DNA from: Vicugna vicugna | Taxonomy: Eukaryota | Assembly (NCBI GenBank): GCA_013265495.1 | Contig: MU058009.1 | Span: 374,001 to 438,000, forward strand | Direction: 5' to 3' | DNA: 64,000 nt | In this document: in pieces, positions 50,561 to 63,820 of the stretch | Numbering within the stretch: position 1 is the first letter of the stretch | Layout: each line of letters begins with the position of its first letter | The notes under the pieces: generated by a model | What the model was told of the DNA's origin: nothing | Databases searched by the model: none | Seen by the model: the letters and a program-made list of their open reading frames with translations, nothing else | Position numbers and translations under genes: made by a program

Positions 50561-52292
50561 ATGGGGACCAGTGTGCCATGGGCAGAAACAGTACTGGCTA
50601 GAGCTAAGCCTTCTTTTATAGCACTTCACATTAGCAATGAACTTCGTTAAGCCTAAAATAAATCAGACCAAGCCCTTAGAGCATTAATTTACAGCCAAGA
50701 GACTATTTCTGAATCCAGCCCTCCCACTACTCCAGCACTGACACTGACACAGCCCAGACCTTCTGTTGTCACTGGTAAAGATGAGATGGTTAAGGCACTT
50801 TCAGGATTGGAGAATTTTTTAAGCTCGATTTTACATTTGAACCATTTACTCTGATATCAACATATAATAGACTCTACCTATTAAGCAAACAGTTTGCTAT
50901 TTTCTACCATTTAACCTAATTTTTCTCTTGTGATCATAGGACCCAGAAGACCAAAGACCTTAACTCTCTGACTTGGGAGCTTTGGGGGCATTGATGATAG
51001 AGCCGTGTATACAGCAGGCTGTCAGTAGCACTGTTATGAAGATGTGGCTGACGTTGATACTGACAAGGAGTTGCGGGGATGGCGCAGGCTCCCCGGGGCC
51101 AATCACTTTTGGTTTTGGCAGCAGAGCTCCCCCAGAATTTATTCACACTTAATGACATCACTTCTAGGTGAGCTCTGACAGCATCCACAGTGAACGCAGT
51201 CTAGCGGGCAGAGTGAGGTGCCCTAGAAAGGTAAGCCAATACACCCACAAGTCAGTTATGCGTCTCTAGGACTCAGCACGTGGTAGACACGTCACAAATG
51301 CAGCTGACTATCTGATGACTAGCCTGTGAGGTTTCAGATGAAAGGTAATGGTGAGTAATTAGACGCTCTTAGTTCGCTTGGACTGTGAGCCTCTGTCCTG
51401 GAAACTCAGATTCTTTCTGTTGAGATGAGCAGCTATGTCTGTTTCACTGAGACCCAGGCTCAAGCGATCAGCCAATGTGTTTCCTTCCGTCAAGCTCTGC
51501 TGTAGGTTCTGGGCTGGGCACTGTCTCTCCGACTCTGTGTGAACCATCCCCGTTCACTTGCCCGAGAACATGGTGCTGTCCTGAGGAAGAGGACTGTGGG
51601 AGCCCGCTCACCTTAACTCTCACGGGAAGCTGGGGCTCTCATTGGGGTCCATGGCCAGGTGCACAACATAATGCAGATCAAGGTAATAATGTCTGTTTCT
51701 CCATGTCATGAGTCACAGCTCCTTATGTGTCAGGTCCTGTTTTCCCCAGTTCAGACCCATAAACTGGCTTCCAACATTGAAATAGAACCTGCCTCTCCTC
51801 GTAATCACTGCACGACTTTAGGGAGGTGATAGGTATTTAGTGAAAATAATTCAGAGATGGGTTTAAGCTGAAAATAACTTGATTCAAGGACTGTGTCTTC
51901 AGATACCCAGGACTCATCGAGATGAAGGCATTTGCAGCCTTGTTTCCCTTTGTGACTAGAGCGATAACAAGGCTTTGGGATTCACTTCAAAATCATTAAA
52001 AACATGTTCATTAGTCCAAAGCACCTCTCACCACCTGTGTATGAAGCAAATAAATTGGCGGAATCTCTGATCCATCTCTGATCCCTGTTGCTTGCTTCTC
52101 CTTGGGTAGTCCTTCCTTTATCTCATCACACATTCACACTGCTAAGATGATATTTTTGGTTAAAAAGTTGTAAGTATTTTGGACCAAAATATTGCCTTGA
52201 GATTTTGCCCACCTGACTTTCACTGCAGTGAGTGGAAATTTTGCCCAAAGAATGACTGAAGAATAAATTCCCTTGCTCACTTAGTGCTTAAT

Positions 52293-53170
52293 ATTTTTTA
52301 AAAAATTGAAGTAGAGTTGATTTACAATGTTGTGTTAGTTTCTGGTATACAGCATAGTGATTCTATTTTATATATGTATATGCATCTTCTTTTTCATATT
52401 CTTTTCCATTATAGGTTATTGCAAGGCATTGAATATAGCTCCCTGTGCTATACTGTAGGACCTGGTTGTTTATCTATTTTATATATAGTAGTTTGTATAT
52501 GCTAATTCCAAACTCCTAATTTATCCCCCTCCCTCCTTCCTCTTTGGTAACCGTAAGTTTGTTTTCTATGTCTGTGAGTCTGTTTCTGTTTTTTAATACA
52601 TTCATTTATCTCATTTTTTTTTAGATTCCACATATAAATGTGTGTGATATTTGTCTTTCTCTGATTTACTTAGTATGATCATCTTTAGGTCCATTCATGT
52701 TGCTGCAAATGGCATTATTTCATTCTTTTTTTATGGCCGAGTAATAGTCCATTGTGTATGTATATGTATATATATAACAACTTCTTTATCCAATTATCTG
52801 TCTATGGACATTTAGGATGCTTCCACATCTTGATAGTCCAGTACTATTGTAAACAGTGCTACTATGAACATTAGGGTGCATATATCTTTTTGAATTGCAG
52901 TTTTCTCCAGGTATATGCCCAGGAGTGGGATTGCTGGATCACATGGCAAGTCCATTTTTAGTTTTTAAAGAAATCTCCATACTGTTTTCCACAGTAGTTG
53001 CACCAAATTACATCCCTACCACCAGTATTTCTCCATACCCTCTCCAGCATTTTATCATTTGGGGATTTTTAAATGATGTCCATTCTGACTGGTGTGGGGT
53101 AATACTTCATTGTAGTTTTGATTTGCATTTCTCTGATAATTAGTGATACTGAACATCTTTTCATGTGCTA
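52293..53170 (-). mobile_element. L1 3' segment of a 5'-inverted insertion
   Basis: Antisense L1 tail 'ttgaagtagagttgatttacaatgttgtgttagtttctggtatacagc' running to 'gatactgaacatcttttcatgtgc'. Confidence 0.95.
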
Positions 53171-53918
53171 TAGAATTAATGTGCTCTCTATCAAATTACC
53201 CAGGACATTTTTCATGGAAATAGAACAAATAACCCTAAAATTTATATAGAATCACAAAGGACCTAGAATTGCCAAAGCAATACTGAAGAAATAGAATGAA
53301 GCTGGAGGCATAACCCTCCTAGACTTCAGACAATACTACAAAGCTACAGTAATCAAAACAGTATGGCATCGGCACAAGACCAGACATACAGATCGATGGA
53401 TCAGAATTGAGAAACCAGAAATATGCCCACACACCTATGGTCAATTAATCTTTAACAAAGGAGGCAAGAATATACAATGGAGAAAAGACAGCCTCTTTGG
53501 CAAGTTGTGTTGGGAAAGCTGGACAGTTGCATGTAAATCAGTGATGTTAGGACACTCCCTCACACCATACACACAAAAATAAACTCAAAATAGCTTAAGG
53601 ACTTAAACATTAAACAGGACCCCATAAATCTCCTAGAAGAGAACATAGGCAAAATATTCTGTAACATAAATGGTAGCAATGCCATCCGAGGTCAGTCTCC
53701 CAAGGCAGTAGAAATAAAAGCCAACATAAACAAATGGGACCTAATTAAACTTATAAGCTTTTGCACTGCAGAGGAAACCATAAGCAAAATGAAGAGACAG
53801 CCTACAGACTGGGAGAAAATACTTGCAAATAATGCAACTGACAAGGGCTTACCTTCCAGAATATACAAACAGCTCACACAGCTTCACAACAAGGAAAACA
53901 AGCAACCCAATAAAAAAA
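53169..53918 (+). mobile_element. Inverted L1 ORF2 segment of the same insertion
   Basis: Sense L1 ORF2 from 'tatagaattaatgtgctctctatcaaattacccagg' through 'cttcagacaatactacaaagctacagtaatcaaaacagtatgg' to 'caagcaacccaataaaaaaa'. Confidence 0.95.
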
Positions 53919-54469
53919 CAGCAACATCTTCGTAAGCATCTTGACACCTTGATTAACTCTTTTGCCATTAGGACTCATGAGCTTAGATAATTTGTATTGA
54001 GGTTTATACATATGATGACTTTCAAGCAAATGGGTCACAGTTATGAGTAAATGAATGGGGTACTTAACACAAAGCTTCTCATTCAAAACCTACCAAGCGA
54101 TAAAACAAAGCCAAACCAAACCAAAAAAAGAATAGGCTCTTTTAGGTTACCTTCCTGCCTTTGTACCCTAAATTCAGAAGACTGATCCCTGACACGGAAG
54201 CATCTAAACCTGTTGGTGCCTTCTTTTGGCTCTAAATCTTTACAAAAATGGAAATCTACTCCCGCAGTGTTGGCTTACTGGGAAGAGATAATGAAAGTCT
54301 CTGGTTTATACCTTCATAATTCTTCTCTAGGACCATAAGGAGCAAGTAGTGCTTATGAGTTCATTTCCATAACAACCCTTGACACACTTTATTTCCCAAC
54401 TGAGACATCTGGGGCATCAAGATTCCAGCCCAGCCCCTGAGATGACTGGGTCTGCTAGAAGGGATGAGG

Positions 54470-54705
54470 CAGAAGGGACGAGGCTGTGGAACCAGACCGT
54501 CCCTGCTTCTGTCCTTGGCTCTCACTCCTCTTGCTGTGTGACCTCAGGCACATGACTAACTTCTCTGAACCCTCAATTGACTTCTCTGCAACATGAGAGA
54601 AGGATGGTGCCTAGTTTGTAAAGCTATTGAGAGAATGAAGAGGACCAGTTTGAAATTACACAATACATGATACATAATGAGTATTCAATAAACAGGCTTT
54701 ATTAT
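54470..54705 (+). mobile_element. MIR SINE
   Basis: 'gctgtgtgacctcaggcacatgactaacttctctgaaccctca...gagtattcaataaa'. Confidence 0.8.
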
Positions 54706-57334
54706 TTTTATTATAAGATATACTTCTTGTTCCATTTTCCCTTTCTTACAGCTCTTATCAACTCTTAGTAAGTAAAAGCCACATGATAACAGAGGTTTTC
54801 AATGGCATATGTAAAGTTCTTACAAAACGCAAAGTTGAGCTCATCTGCCATAGAAGAGGAGGAATCAGTGTGTGTTATGAATATTAATGAATAAGTGACC
54901 TCTTTCCTCATTATGTGTCTGTATTCAAAATGCCACAGCTCGTTCTAGTGGTAATTATTGAATTTTCAACATTTATAGAGAAACAGTACATACAATATGG
55001 AGATAATTGCCCCACTGGATTCTTAAGAATCAGTTTTCCATAAATATAGAATTTGGTCATTATCACTAGTGCTACACGTTAAAATTAGAAAGTAGGTAAA
55101 AAAAATAAGAGCAGTATTTATTCATTGTCATTCTAATGTATGTCAGCTTAATTATCCTAAAATTTCACAGACAATAGGCAAAGTGTTTTTCTCCTTTTGG
55201 AGGAAGGTTTCTTTTTGAGTTTATGTTTCCTGAGATGAAGTGAAGAACCTATTGTTTGACAAGCCGACAGTGTTATAATGGCTACTGGATTTAGAAGTGG
55301 GCCGAGGGCAAGTTTCATCTGTCTCTGCTCTGGATTCATTGCCTCAGTCCTGAATTAATTGTGTTAGAACTGCTTAGAATTGTAAAGTTAGAGACCCAAG
55401 AGGGAAAAAGAAAGTTCTGGCTATGTTTTCATTCAGAATCCCTCGTGCTGAATTTTAAGGTCAGATCCAAGTACTAATCTCCAAACCAGGGATTTCCCAA
55501 GTGCTCACAGAGTTTCAGGGACCTTGTCAATCTTCTCCTTCTCACCCCCCACCTCCACCCCAGGTGGGAGGTCAGAGGCCACATGGAAGCAAAAGCTACG
55601 GCTCTTTGAGGCTCCAAGGTCTCTCTCCACGTTGTTACAGACTGAAGGTGCTCTCGGAGCGGTAGGAGGCTCAGACAATCAATCATTGTCCAGGAAACAA
55701 ACTCAGAGAAGAGGAATAAATGATTTATTGAAAAGGCATGCAGAAATGGCACACGCAAGGCATTCCTTCTAATCATGGACTTGGCACCTAAAGGGAGCAG
55801 CTGAGCAGAGCCTCGTTAAGCAAATGTACATGTACTGGGCACAATCAGAAGCACTTACAGGGAACACGTCACCTGATGAAAGGGGGCACCTGCTGCATTA
55901 AACACAGGGCTGAGGGAAAGAGCACGCAATTGTAGGAGTGCAGGGAAAAAAGACCACGTGGGAGAAAGCCAGTGCTACTGAAATGAACAGGAATGGGGAA
56001 AAAAAAATCAAACGGCTAGGCCATCAACACATAGCAAAAACGCCAAGTGGATAAATAGCTCATTCAGGATCCAAGGAAGCAGAGGGGATAAACAGTGCAC
56101 ACTGTGCTGAAGATGTTTACTTCTGCATCTGTCAACTGAAAAGGAAGGGAATGAGGATTTTGTGAGTCAGAGTTGGTTTCCAAGGAGGGAGGGCCCAGCG
56201 TGCCGAGGGCGGTGGCAATGGCAGAGCCAGTTAGCAAAAGCTGATGGTGACTTAGATGACACTGCTGGCCAAGGGCTGCAGGCAACCACGGGCTTCTGCC
56301 TCCTGGTCTCCAGCAGCAAAGAGGACGGGGTAACGATGCTGCTCTTTCGCCCACCCATGGGAAGGGCCAGATGGAGGCACGGGACATCCATGCCACTCCT
56401 TTAACCAATCAAGTGTCCATGTGACCAAGTCCCTGATGTCCTATCATTGGAAACTTTGTCTCAGTTACCAACCCCCCGCCCCAGCCCTGACCAGGGGGGA
56501 TGTCTTGCTTTCTTGTCCTTCTAGTCTGAGGGACAGCAGAATGACATTCATGAAATGACAAAAAGACAAGTCAGACACAATATCGGGTCTCAGAGGGATC
56601 TGGAAGCTCCACTGAGCTCCCCGCTTAGAGCTCCCCAAACTCATTCCTGTCCTGAGACACGCAGAGAAGGACACTATTTTTAGGGGGCATGGAGTAAACA
56701 GGTGAAGGATTTGGATTCGACTCCCTGGGGGTCTGGCTGCCTCACCCCCACCCTGATCTGTGGGCCAAGAGGGCATTATGTGGACCCACTGGTAACCCAC
56801 GGGGAAGAAGCTTTCTTGCTCACCCGTAACAGTCCAGGAGCAGACTCCAGATCTTGGGGCCCCTCCTGTTAGGCCTGGGGGCGGTTCCCTTTACAAACAC
56901 CTCTGGTGAGCCAGGCAGCTCTCCAATCAGTGGCTGCAGCAGGAGGAGAGCCTCAAAAGAGCCCAGACTGATTAGGATGGTCACTGCGCTCTGCAGAAGC
57001 GCCGCTTGATCTTGACGAGAGTATTAGGACCCTTCCGAGGATGCTCAGATCCAGCAGACAATTGGCATGCGGCTCTCAGGCAGGCAAGAGCACCTGTCAG
57101 AGATCAGCTTGTGAGGCGAGTCTAGGGCCAGGGACCCCGCAGAGACAGCCGGGGAGCGGGCCTGCACGCACCAGATGAAATGTGTTCACAGCTGGGGAGG
57201 TGGCTGGGGGGCGCTCTAGTGGGAAAGAGAGGCCCCGATCACAGGCCAGCCCTTTGCAGTTGCTCCTGGTTCATCCAAAAGGCAAATAATGACTTAGGAA
57301 GGGTGAACAGGGAAGAGAAGAAATGTCTACAGGG

Positions 57335-57575
57335 AGGCCGTGTGGCAGAGTATGAGGTGCCCAACTCACTTGGGAGCAAGGTGGACGACACTCGAATCCC
57401 GTCTCTGCCGTGTACTAGCTGTGTGGCTTTGGGCAAGTTCCCTAACCTCTCTGAGCTTCAGCTTTCTCACCTAATTATGATGACATCTCTCTCCCACAGC
57501 TGTTGCATATATTAAATAAAAGCATGTGTACGAAGCACCCAGAAAGCTATAGGGCTTCAATAAAATGTTAACCAT
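57335..57575 (+). mobile_element. MIR SINE, near full length
   Basis: 'ctcgaatcccgtctctgccgtgtactagctgtgtggctttgggcaagttccctaacctctctgagcttcag...caataaaatgttaacc'. Confidence 0.9.
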
Positions 57576-57614
57576 CCATTTTACTACATATGTTGTTTAA
57601 AGTAGAATTTGGTA

Positions 57615-57616
<2 letters not shown>

Positions 57617-57652
<36 letters not shown>

Positions 57653-57673
57653 ACAGAGAGAGAGAGAGAGAGA
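57617..57673. repeat. (GT)16(AG)n compound microsatellite
   Basis: Directly visible. Confidence 0.95.
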
Positions 57674-58714
57674 GGTCCTTAAGAGTCATCTGGAGGCTTC
57701 GGAGATACTACAGAGAAATAAATCCTTGTTAATTGTCAGGATCCCCCATTGTGTGGACTCTACCAAGGGTCGTAATTGTTGATTCCAGGTCTGCTTCCAT
57801 CTAGAGTCCATCACTTCATCTCTGGTCCCCAAATTCTGCAGGGCTTTTCACAGCCATTCAGCTTCCTTAGATACGAGACACCACTAGACGGTGAGCCCCC
57901 AGTGGCAGGGAGCGTATCCCCACATGCCTCCCCTGGCCCAGGGCCCTGTCCGTGGCGAACACCCGGTATCTTTTGTTGAGCTGCGCTAAGCCTACGTGGT
58001 GGGCCAGGGGAAGAGGAGCAAGAAGGAGGCCTGGTGAGGGCATGGGGGCAGGTGCAGGTGTCTAGAACTCCCGCACCCAGTCTAGTGGAAGGAGGGGAGG
58101 GAGGGGGGACAGGCGGGGCCCTGAGGAGAAGGGTGGCAGGAAACCTGGGGTCCCTAGTTTGCCGGGCAGCCTGGGGTGAAGGGCTGGTCTATCGGGCTCC
58201 TGCCTGCCCACCAGGGCTTCTCTCAGTGTGCACCGCCCCCTCCCAAGCTGCGGGGCATTAAAGGTTCTGAGTGCAGGTCCAGCCCTGTGAGCCGCTCAGG
58301 GCCATATGCAGAAAGAAGACAGAGATACAGAAGCAACTCGCTGACATGGCTCCACCTTGCTTGTCAAGACAAAACAACATGAATATCAATTGTGAGGGCG
58401 AGCAGGGGCCGCAGGCCCATCTCAGGAGGCAGAACTGGCGCATGGTTCTTCCCGGCGGCCTCCCAATTATGAGCACTTCAGCGAGTCTCCTCCCACAGTT
58501 ACAACGGTTCAGAGTCCTTTGGGTAGGGCTCAGAATAGACTTTGGAAGGCTGCCTGGAGGAGGTGGTCCTCCACACACCTCTCTGAGGAAGGGTGATAGG
58601 GTCAACTTGGCCAACCTCTCAGCCGGCCAAAAAGATGTCACCTGCAGACAGTTTATCAATGTAACTTAGAGCCCTTTGCTAGGTTTGGAACTAACGACCA
58701 ATTCCACTATAAAG

Positions 58715-58850
58715 CAGTGGTTCTTAAGCTTTGGAGTTTTTCAGAATTATCCAGAAAGGGGGTTGAGAATCTCATCATCCAGACCTTACTACAAACATTC
58801 AAAGTCAGACTACACTTGAGGGAGTCCAGAACATCCGGATTCCATCAGAT
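58715..58850 (+). mobile_element. MER5-like hAT fragment
   Basis: Starts 'cagtggttcttaagcttt...tcagaattatccag'. Confidence 0.45.
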
Positions 58851-58929
58851 GAGGGCTCATTAAGACAGTCATCTAATTAACAGCTAATTAAGGTAGCCAC
58901 CTGAAACTTACATGCAAAATATTTTCAAC

Positions 58930-59030
58930 AATTTTCATTCATTCATGTGATATTTTTCGAGCTCCTACCATGTGCCAGGTACTGGGGGGTCCACCAATGA
59001 ATGAAACATACAAAAATCCCCACCCCATTT
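58930..59030 (-). mobile_element. L2 3' end fragment
   Basis: 'ttcattcattc...gagctcctaccatgtgccaggtactgggggg...aatgaatgaaacatacaaaaatccc'. Confidence 0.7.
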
Positions 59031-60369
59031 TGTTCCTGTAGCAATTTTCTTTAAGAAAAAGGTTGCAGCCAGCCCCTGGGGTGGAGGGGACACTGCAGAG
59101 GCTCAGGGTTAACCCAGCAAGGAACTGGCCGTGGGTGCTCCACGGGCGCCTTAACTTTCCGAATGAAACTTTATAGTAAACGTCTTCAAAGAATAACCAA
59201 GAAGTTCAGAAGATAAAGTAGGTCCATCTTCAGATCAAGATATACTACTGAACACCTGTGCCCCTAATCCTATGGTGGGGCCTGTGATGAACTCAAGTGA
59301 AATATTGGGTAAGGTTCGGATTCTGTCCCAGACGGGTTCACGGTCTCTCCTGAGAGAATGAACCCAACCCAGGAGGAGAGATGAATATGAACACATAGTT
59401 ACGGGCCGCTGCCCTGTAAGAGGTAGAGGATTTTGGCTAAGGGGAGGAACAAAGTAGGAGCAGGTGGGGAAGGCTTCCTGGTGGGCGAGGTGGGGTGGGA
59501 GAGCCGGGAGGTTCTGACAGATGGGAGATGTGACAGTGTGACAGATGGTGTCCCTGGGAGGACAAGTAATGGGCAGAGGCTCAGCAGGCAGAGCGAGCAG
59601 GTTCAAGGGAGAAAGCAAGGTGGCCAGGGCATGGGGTTGGGGCCAAACAGACCTGGGTGGAATCCTGCGGCCACTTACTGCTGTTGATAGCATCTTTATC
59701 CCCATTCTGCAGATGTGGAAGCTAAGGGCCAGAGAGGGGTTTTGGTGAGGGTGAAAGGGCACGTATCTCAAGTGCCTGGCTCGCCGCCGGTGCTCGGTGA
59801 ACGGCTGCTGTGTGGCATGTGTGCAGATCAGGCCAGCAGCCTGGCGGGGGCGAGACCTCGCACGTGGGGCAGGGCTCGCGGGGTGTCAGGTGGGACATTT
59901 TCAGCTTTCTAGGTCCGAGACACACAAACTATTTTTTAAGAGCTCCAAAACATCCTCTCTTTATCGCTCTTGGGACTGAAAGGGTTGATGCACTGGAACG
60001 ATTTGTAGCTTCACGATGAATGGAGCCTCCTTATCGCAGAGTTCATTATCGGAAGCTTTACTGGATATGAGAAATGGTGTTTCTTCAATTCTCGGGGACA
60101 GATAAGCGAGCAACCTCAGAGGGGTTTTCCTAGACAAGGCTTTTCTCTTTTGTTCGGGCTGGAGGAGCTGGCGGGGGGAAAACCCCCAATAACGCTTCTC
60201 ACCACCGTAAAGCTGATGGAAAAAATTCTATTTCCATGGTTGGTGGAAAGGCATGGTGATTTTTTTTTTTAAGTCCACTTCCAAATAACATGCCTTCCTT
60301 AGGGAAGGGCTTATCTGGCCATTTTCCAGGCTACTCTTGCTTTTTGGCCGGAGACCCTACAGTTTTCAT

Positions 60370-60475
60370 ACGAAGTGACATTTGGTTTGCATGACCTTGG
60401 AAAAATTATTTAACTGCTGTGAGCCTCAGCTCCCACATTTATAAAGGGAGACCTAGTCATTCCCATCTCCTCGGG
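60370..60475 (+). mobile_element. MIR fragment interrupted by MLT1D
   Basis: 'gcatgaccttggaaaaattatttaactgctgtgagcctcagctcccacatttataaaggg'. Confidence 0.7.
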
Positions 60476-61026
60476 CATGGCAGGCAGAATAATACCCTGC
60501 AGCCAAAAAAGAAAAAGGAAAAAAAAATGATGTCCATGTCCAAATTCCTGGAGCCTGGAAATGTTACGTCACCTGGCAAGGGGAGGGGATTAAAGCTGTA
60601 GATAAAATTAAGATTGCCAGTCAGCTGACCTGGAGCTGGGGAGATTATCCTGTGTATCTAGGTGGCCCAACGCAGTCACAAGGGTCCTTATAAGTGAAAG
60701 AGGGAGGTGAGAATGATGCAGTGTAAGAAAGGCTTGCCTGAGCATGGTTGGTTTTGAAGAAGAAGTTAGGGGGACAGGGGGCCAGCGGGCCAGAGGGCCA
60801 GAGGGCAAGGAGTGTGGCAGCCTCTGGAAGCTGGAAAAGGCGAGGAGACAAATTCAGATGCTTAGAGCAACCTGAAGGCACGCAGCCCTGCCCACACCTT
60901 GACTGTAGCACAGAGAGATACCCATTTTGGATTTCAGACCTCTAGCAATATAAGATAGTAAATTTGTGTTGCTTTAAGCCATGGGGCTTCTGGTAATTTG
61001 TTACAGCAACAATAGGAAACCACACA
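60476..61026 (+). mobile_element. MLT1D-like MaLR solo LTR
   Basis: 'tggcaggcagaataat...gagattatcctgtgtatctaggtggcccaacgcagtcacaagggtccttataagtgaaagaggg...gcagcctctggaagctggaaaagg...ggtaatttgttacagcaacaataggaaac'. Confidence 0.92.
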
Positions 61027-61059
61027 TGAGTTAATGGGACGATGAAATATTACAGTGTA

Positions 61060-61240
61060 CTTCTAGATTTGTAACCTTGGGATAGACTCGACTTCTCTGT
61101 TCCTTAGTTTTCTCAGGTGTAAAATGGGGATGCTCCTAAGAGCTACCTTGTGGGACCTCTGTCAGGGATAAATGACCAGTCTGTGGGAGGTGTCAGCATG
61201 CCACGTGGTAAGGGCCCCCGGAGCACTGGCCGGTGGCCTT
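61060..61240 (+). mobile_element. MIR SINE fragment
   Basis: 'tgtaaccttggg...ctctgttccttagttttctcaggtgtaaaatggggatg'. Confidence 0.7.
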
Positions 61241-61507
61241 ACTTTTCCACAGAGTGCACAGTACGTCCTCAGACACAACACGGGTTCTCGTTGCTGTATG
61301 GGAAGGTGACCGGAGGAGGGACCGGGGCTCCTGCTCTAGGACTTTCTCTTCCCCTAACTGCAGTGTCCCCACTTACACTCCAGCCACACATCTCAAATTC
61401 CAGGGGGTCCTGCACTCACATAGTTTGCCCAGTTCCTGCTTTAATGTAATTTTAATATGTATGTCTTCCTGAGGAAGGTGGTCTGACCCTGGGTACTCTC
61501 TGTAACT

Positions 61508-61980
61508 CGGGTAGTTTTGAGGTTTTTGTTGCTGTACAACAAAATGCCCCCAAACGTAGAGACTCAATAGCCATCACTGTATTATAGCTCACGATGCAGG
61601 GTCAGAAATTCACACAGGGCGTGGCTGGGTGGTTCCTCTGCTGCGCACGGTCTCAGTTATTCAGCTGGTCTAGAGTGGAGGGTCCAGGGCCTGGTGGTTG
61701 GGCTGGGCTGGCCAGGAGAGCTGAGGGCTGGCTGGCATGGCTCTTGCTCATGGCCTTTCCCGGTGGCTAGCTCGGACTTCTTCAGAACAGGGATTCCAGA
61801 AAGGGTATTTGCAGAGACGGTCTCTTAAGGGCTGGGCCAGGAAATATGCAGCATTGCATCTACCATTTCCTGTGGGTCAAAGTAGTCAGAGGCCCACCAC
61901 ATTCAATGGGCTCCAATGAACACGCCTACCTCCCAGTGAGAAGACTATCTCTCTGCGACCCTCTCTAGTCCATCTAACAC
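61508..61980 (-). mobile_element. MLT1 (G/H-like) MaLR LTR
   Basis: 'ttgttgctgtacaacaaaatgcccccaaac...tatagctcacgatgcagggtcagaaattcacacagggcgtggctggg...ggtcaaagtagtcagaggcccaccacattcaa'. Confidence 0.75.
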
Positions 61981-62109
61981 CTCTAGTATTCACAAAAGAT
62001 GTTCCAGAGAAAGAGAAAGAGGAGTTGGATGTTCGGGACTACACTGTCCATCCCAGGCAATACAACAGGTACAGAACCCATTGGCCTGCATCGCTCTGAA
62101 CATTGTGGA

Positions 62110-62300
62110 TTCAGCTAACATTTACTGAGTACCTACTGTTTGCAGTGCATTGCGCTAGGTGCTTTCATATTCATGATTTCTTCTGATCCTTTGAAAAGAA
62201 AGTATTACGCTTCAGCTAAGGTATAAACCAAAGCCTGGAGGACATGAGGAGTCAACTGAAAGTCCCTCATCTAACCTCAGGGCATTTGCTGGTCATTACA
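62110..62300 (-). mobile_element. MIR SINE fragment
   Basis: 'agctaacatttactgagtacctactgtttgcagtgcattgcgctaggtgctttcatattc'. Confidence 0.75.
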
Positions 62301-63249
62301 GGCGCATCTAACTTGAGCTTTATGCCTCCACTTCTCTGATGCTGGGCAGACAGAATGGCCTCTGCAGGAACACAGGCTTTCTTAGACATCTGTGTCCTGG
62401 GAGGATCGTGGGGCACTTTGAATCCAGGTCAGAACGGACCCCAAATGAGCTCATGTTTCTAAAGTGCTTTGAGCTTCTCCGAGAACAGAAGCTATTTAAC
62501 TCCAGATCCTGGTTGGTCTCGTTGGTGGGTTCGTGCAACGAGGAACATGCTTTGTCACTGCTAGCACCGGGCTGGTGCCTTGGATAAACAGGGGGAATTC
62601 AGTCTCCGGGGTTCTCCCTGTCTGCTGTTCTTTCAGCCACAATAAATTAATTTTTGAAAAAATGGAACTCAACAGAAGAAGAGACAGGAGGGAAAAAAAA
62701 AAACTGATCTGACAAGCCTGAAAGAGAAAACAAAATTTCTGCTGCCCACTGTCCCCAGCTGAAGCACGGAGGCGGATGCTGACAGCTGAATCCAGAACAG
62801 TGGTCCAGGCACTGGTGCCCAGCAGCCTCCAGGATGGCAGGGGAAGGGGCAGGGGCCGGGTGGAGAGCCAGGCTGTCTGGCTAGAGCTACCTGTAGATAT
62901 TCTGGATTCGTCAGCATCTCTTAAAATGGGATCGACTTGATGCTGATTAAAGCTGAAAAACCCCACGAGCCCAGCATGCTGAGTGTCTGACTCTAGGGCC
63001 TCTGAACAAATTGTTTTCCCTTTTCCTGCTGATCCCTGTGAACCCTCCGGATCAGCATGGTTTGCCCGTGGGGACACGGCTGGAAACGGAGCCAGGTTTT
63101 CTCTTGGCACCTCACTGTCTGAGCCACCCCAGGCATCCCAGTAGGCCCCGAGTCCCAGCAGGAGGGAGACAAAAAGCATTCTCCTCCTACAAGCTGATGT
63201 TTGCATATGCAGATGAACTGAAGCGCCTACAGCCTTGAATCAGATTCAA

Positions 63250-63490
63250 AGAACATATATGGAAGATCCGTCTGTGCCAGGCGCCTTCACATAAATGGTC
63301 TCATTTCCTACTCATGTCACCCCGCGAGGCAGGCATTAAATTACCTAAGATTTGCTATGAGGACACTTAGGTTCAGAGAGGGTAATACCTTACCCAAAGC
63401 CACACAGCCAGCCATGGGCAGTATCCACACATAAATATGGGCCTCCTGACTCTTATTCCAGCATAATTTCCACCATCCAGTAGCTACATA
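63250..63490 (-). mobile_element. MIR SINE
   Basis: 'tgtgccaggcgccttcacat...tgaggacacttaggttcagagagggtaataccttacccaaagccacacagcc'. Confidence 0.8.
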
Positions 63491-63589
63491 CACTGTGGCT
63501 CTAGGTAGAGCAACAACAATGGGGTCATTGGATGTGAAACACCCTGAAAATCATGCTTAGAAACTGAACACTAGACTCAGGAAAGGAAT

Positions 63590-63820
63590 TCTTACACTTC
63601 GGCAGTCTGGTGACTCAGTGGACCTCTTTTCAGAATAATGTTTTCAAAAGATAAAACAAAACAGATAGCATTGCAAAAGAAAGCAATTGCACTGAAATAC
63701 AGTTACAAAAATATAAAAAAACCCACATTTGTGGGATAGTTACAGCACAAGCTTCAGTATCAATGCAAAGAATAAGGAGATGTAGTGAAAATCCAAGAAC
63801 GACTGTCATTTCAGGTGTTT
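63590..63820 (+). mobile_element. hAT-Charlie relic (MER119/Charlie7-like)
   Basis: 'ggcagtctggtgactcagtggacctcttttcagaataatgtttt...gaaagcaattgcactgaaatacagttacaaaaata' matches a recalled Charlie-family consensus; family name uncertain. Confidence 0.6.

Noticed and set aside
62496..63206. Longest ORF (236 aa, minus strand)
   Set aside because: No recognisable domain, low-complexity composition, crosses an A/T homopolymer run; length is compatible with chance in GC-rich DNA.
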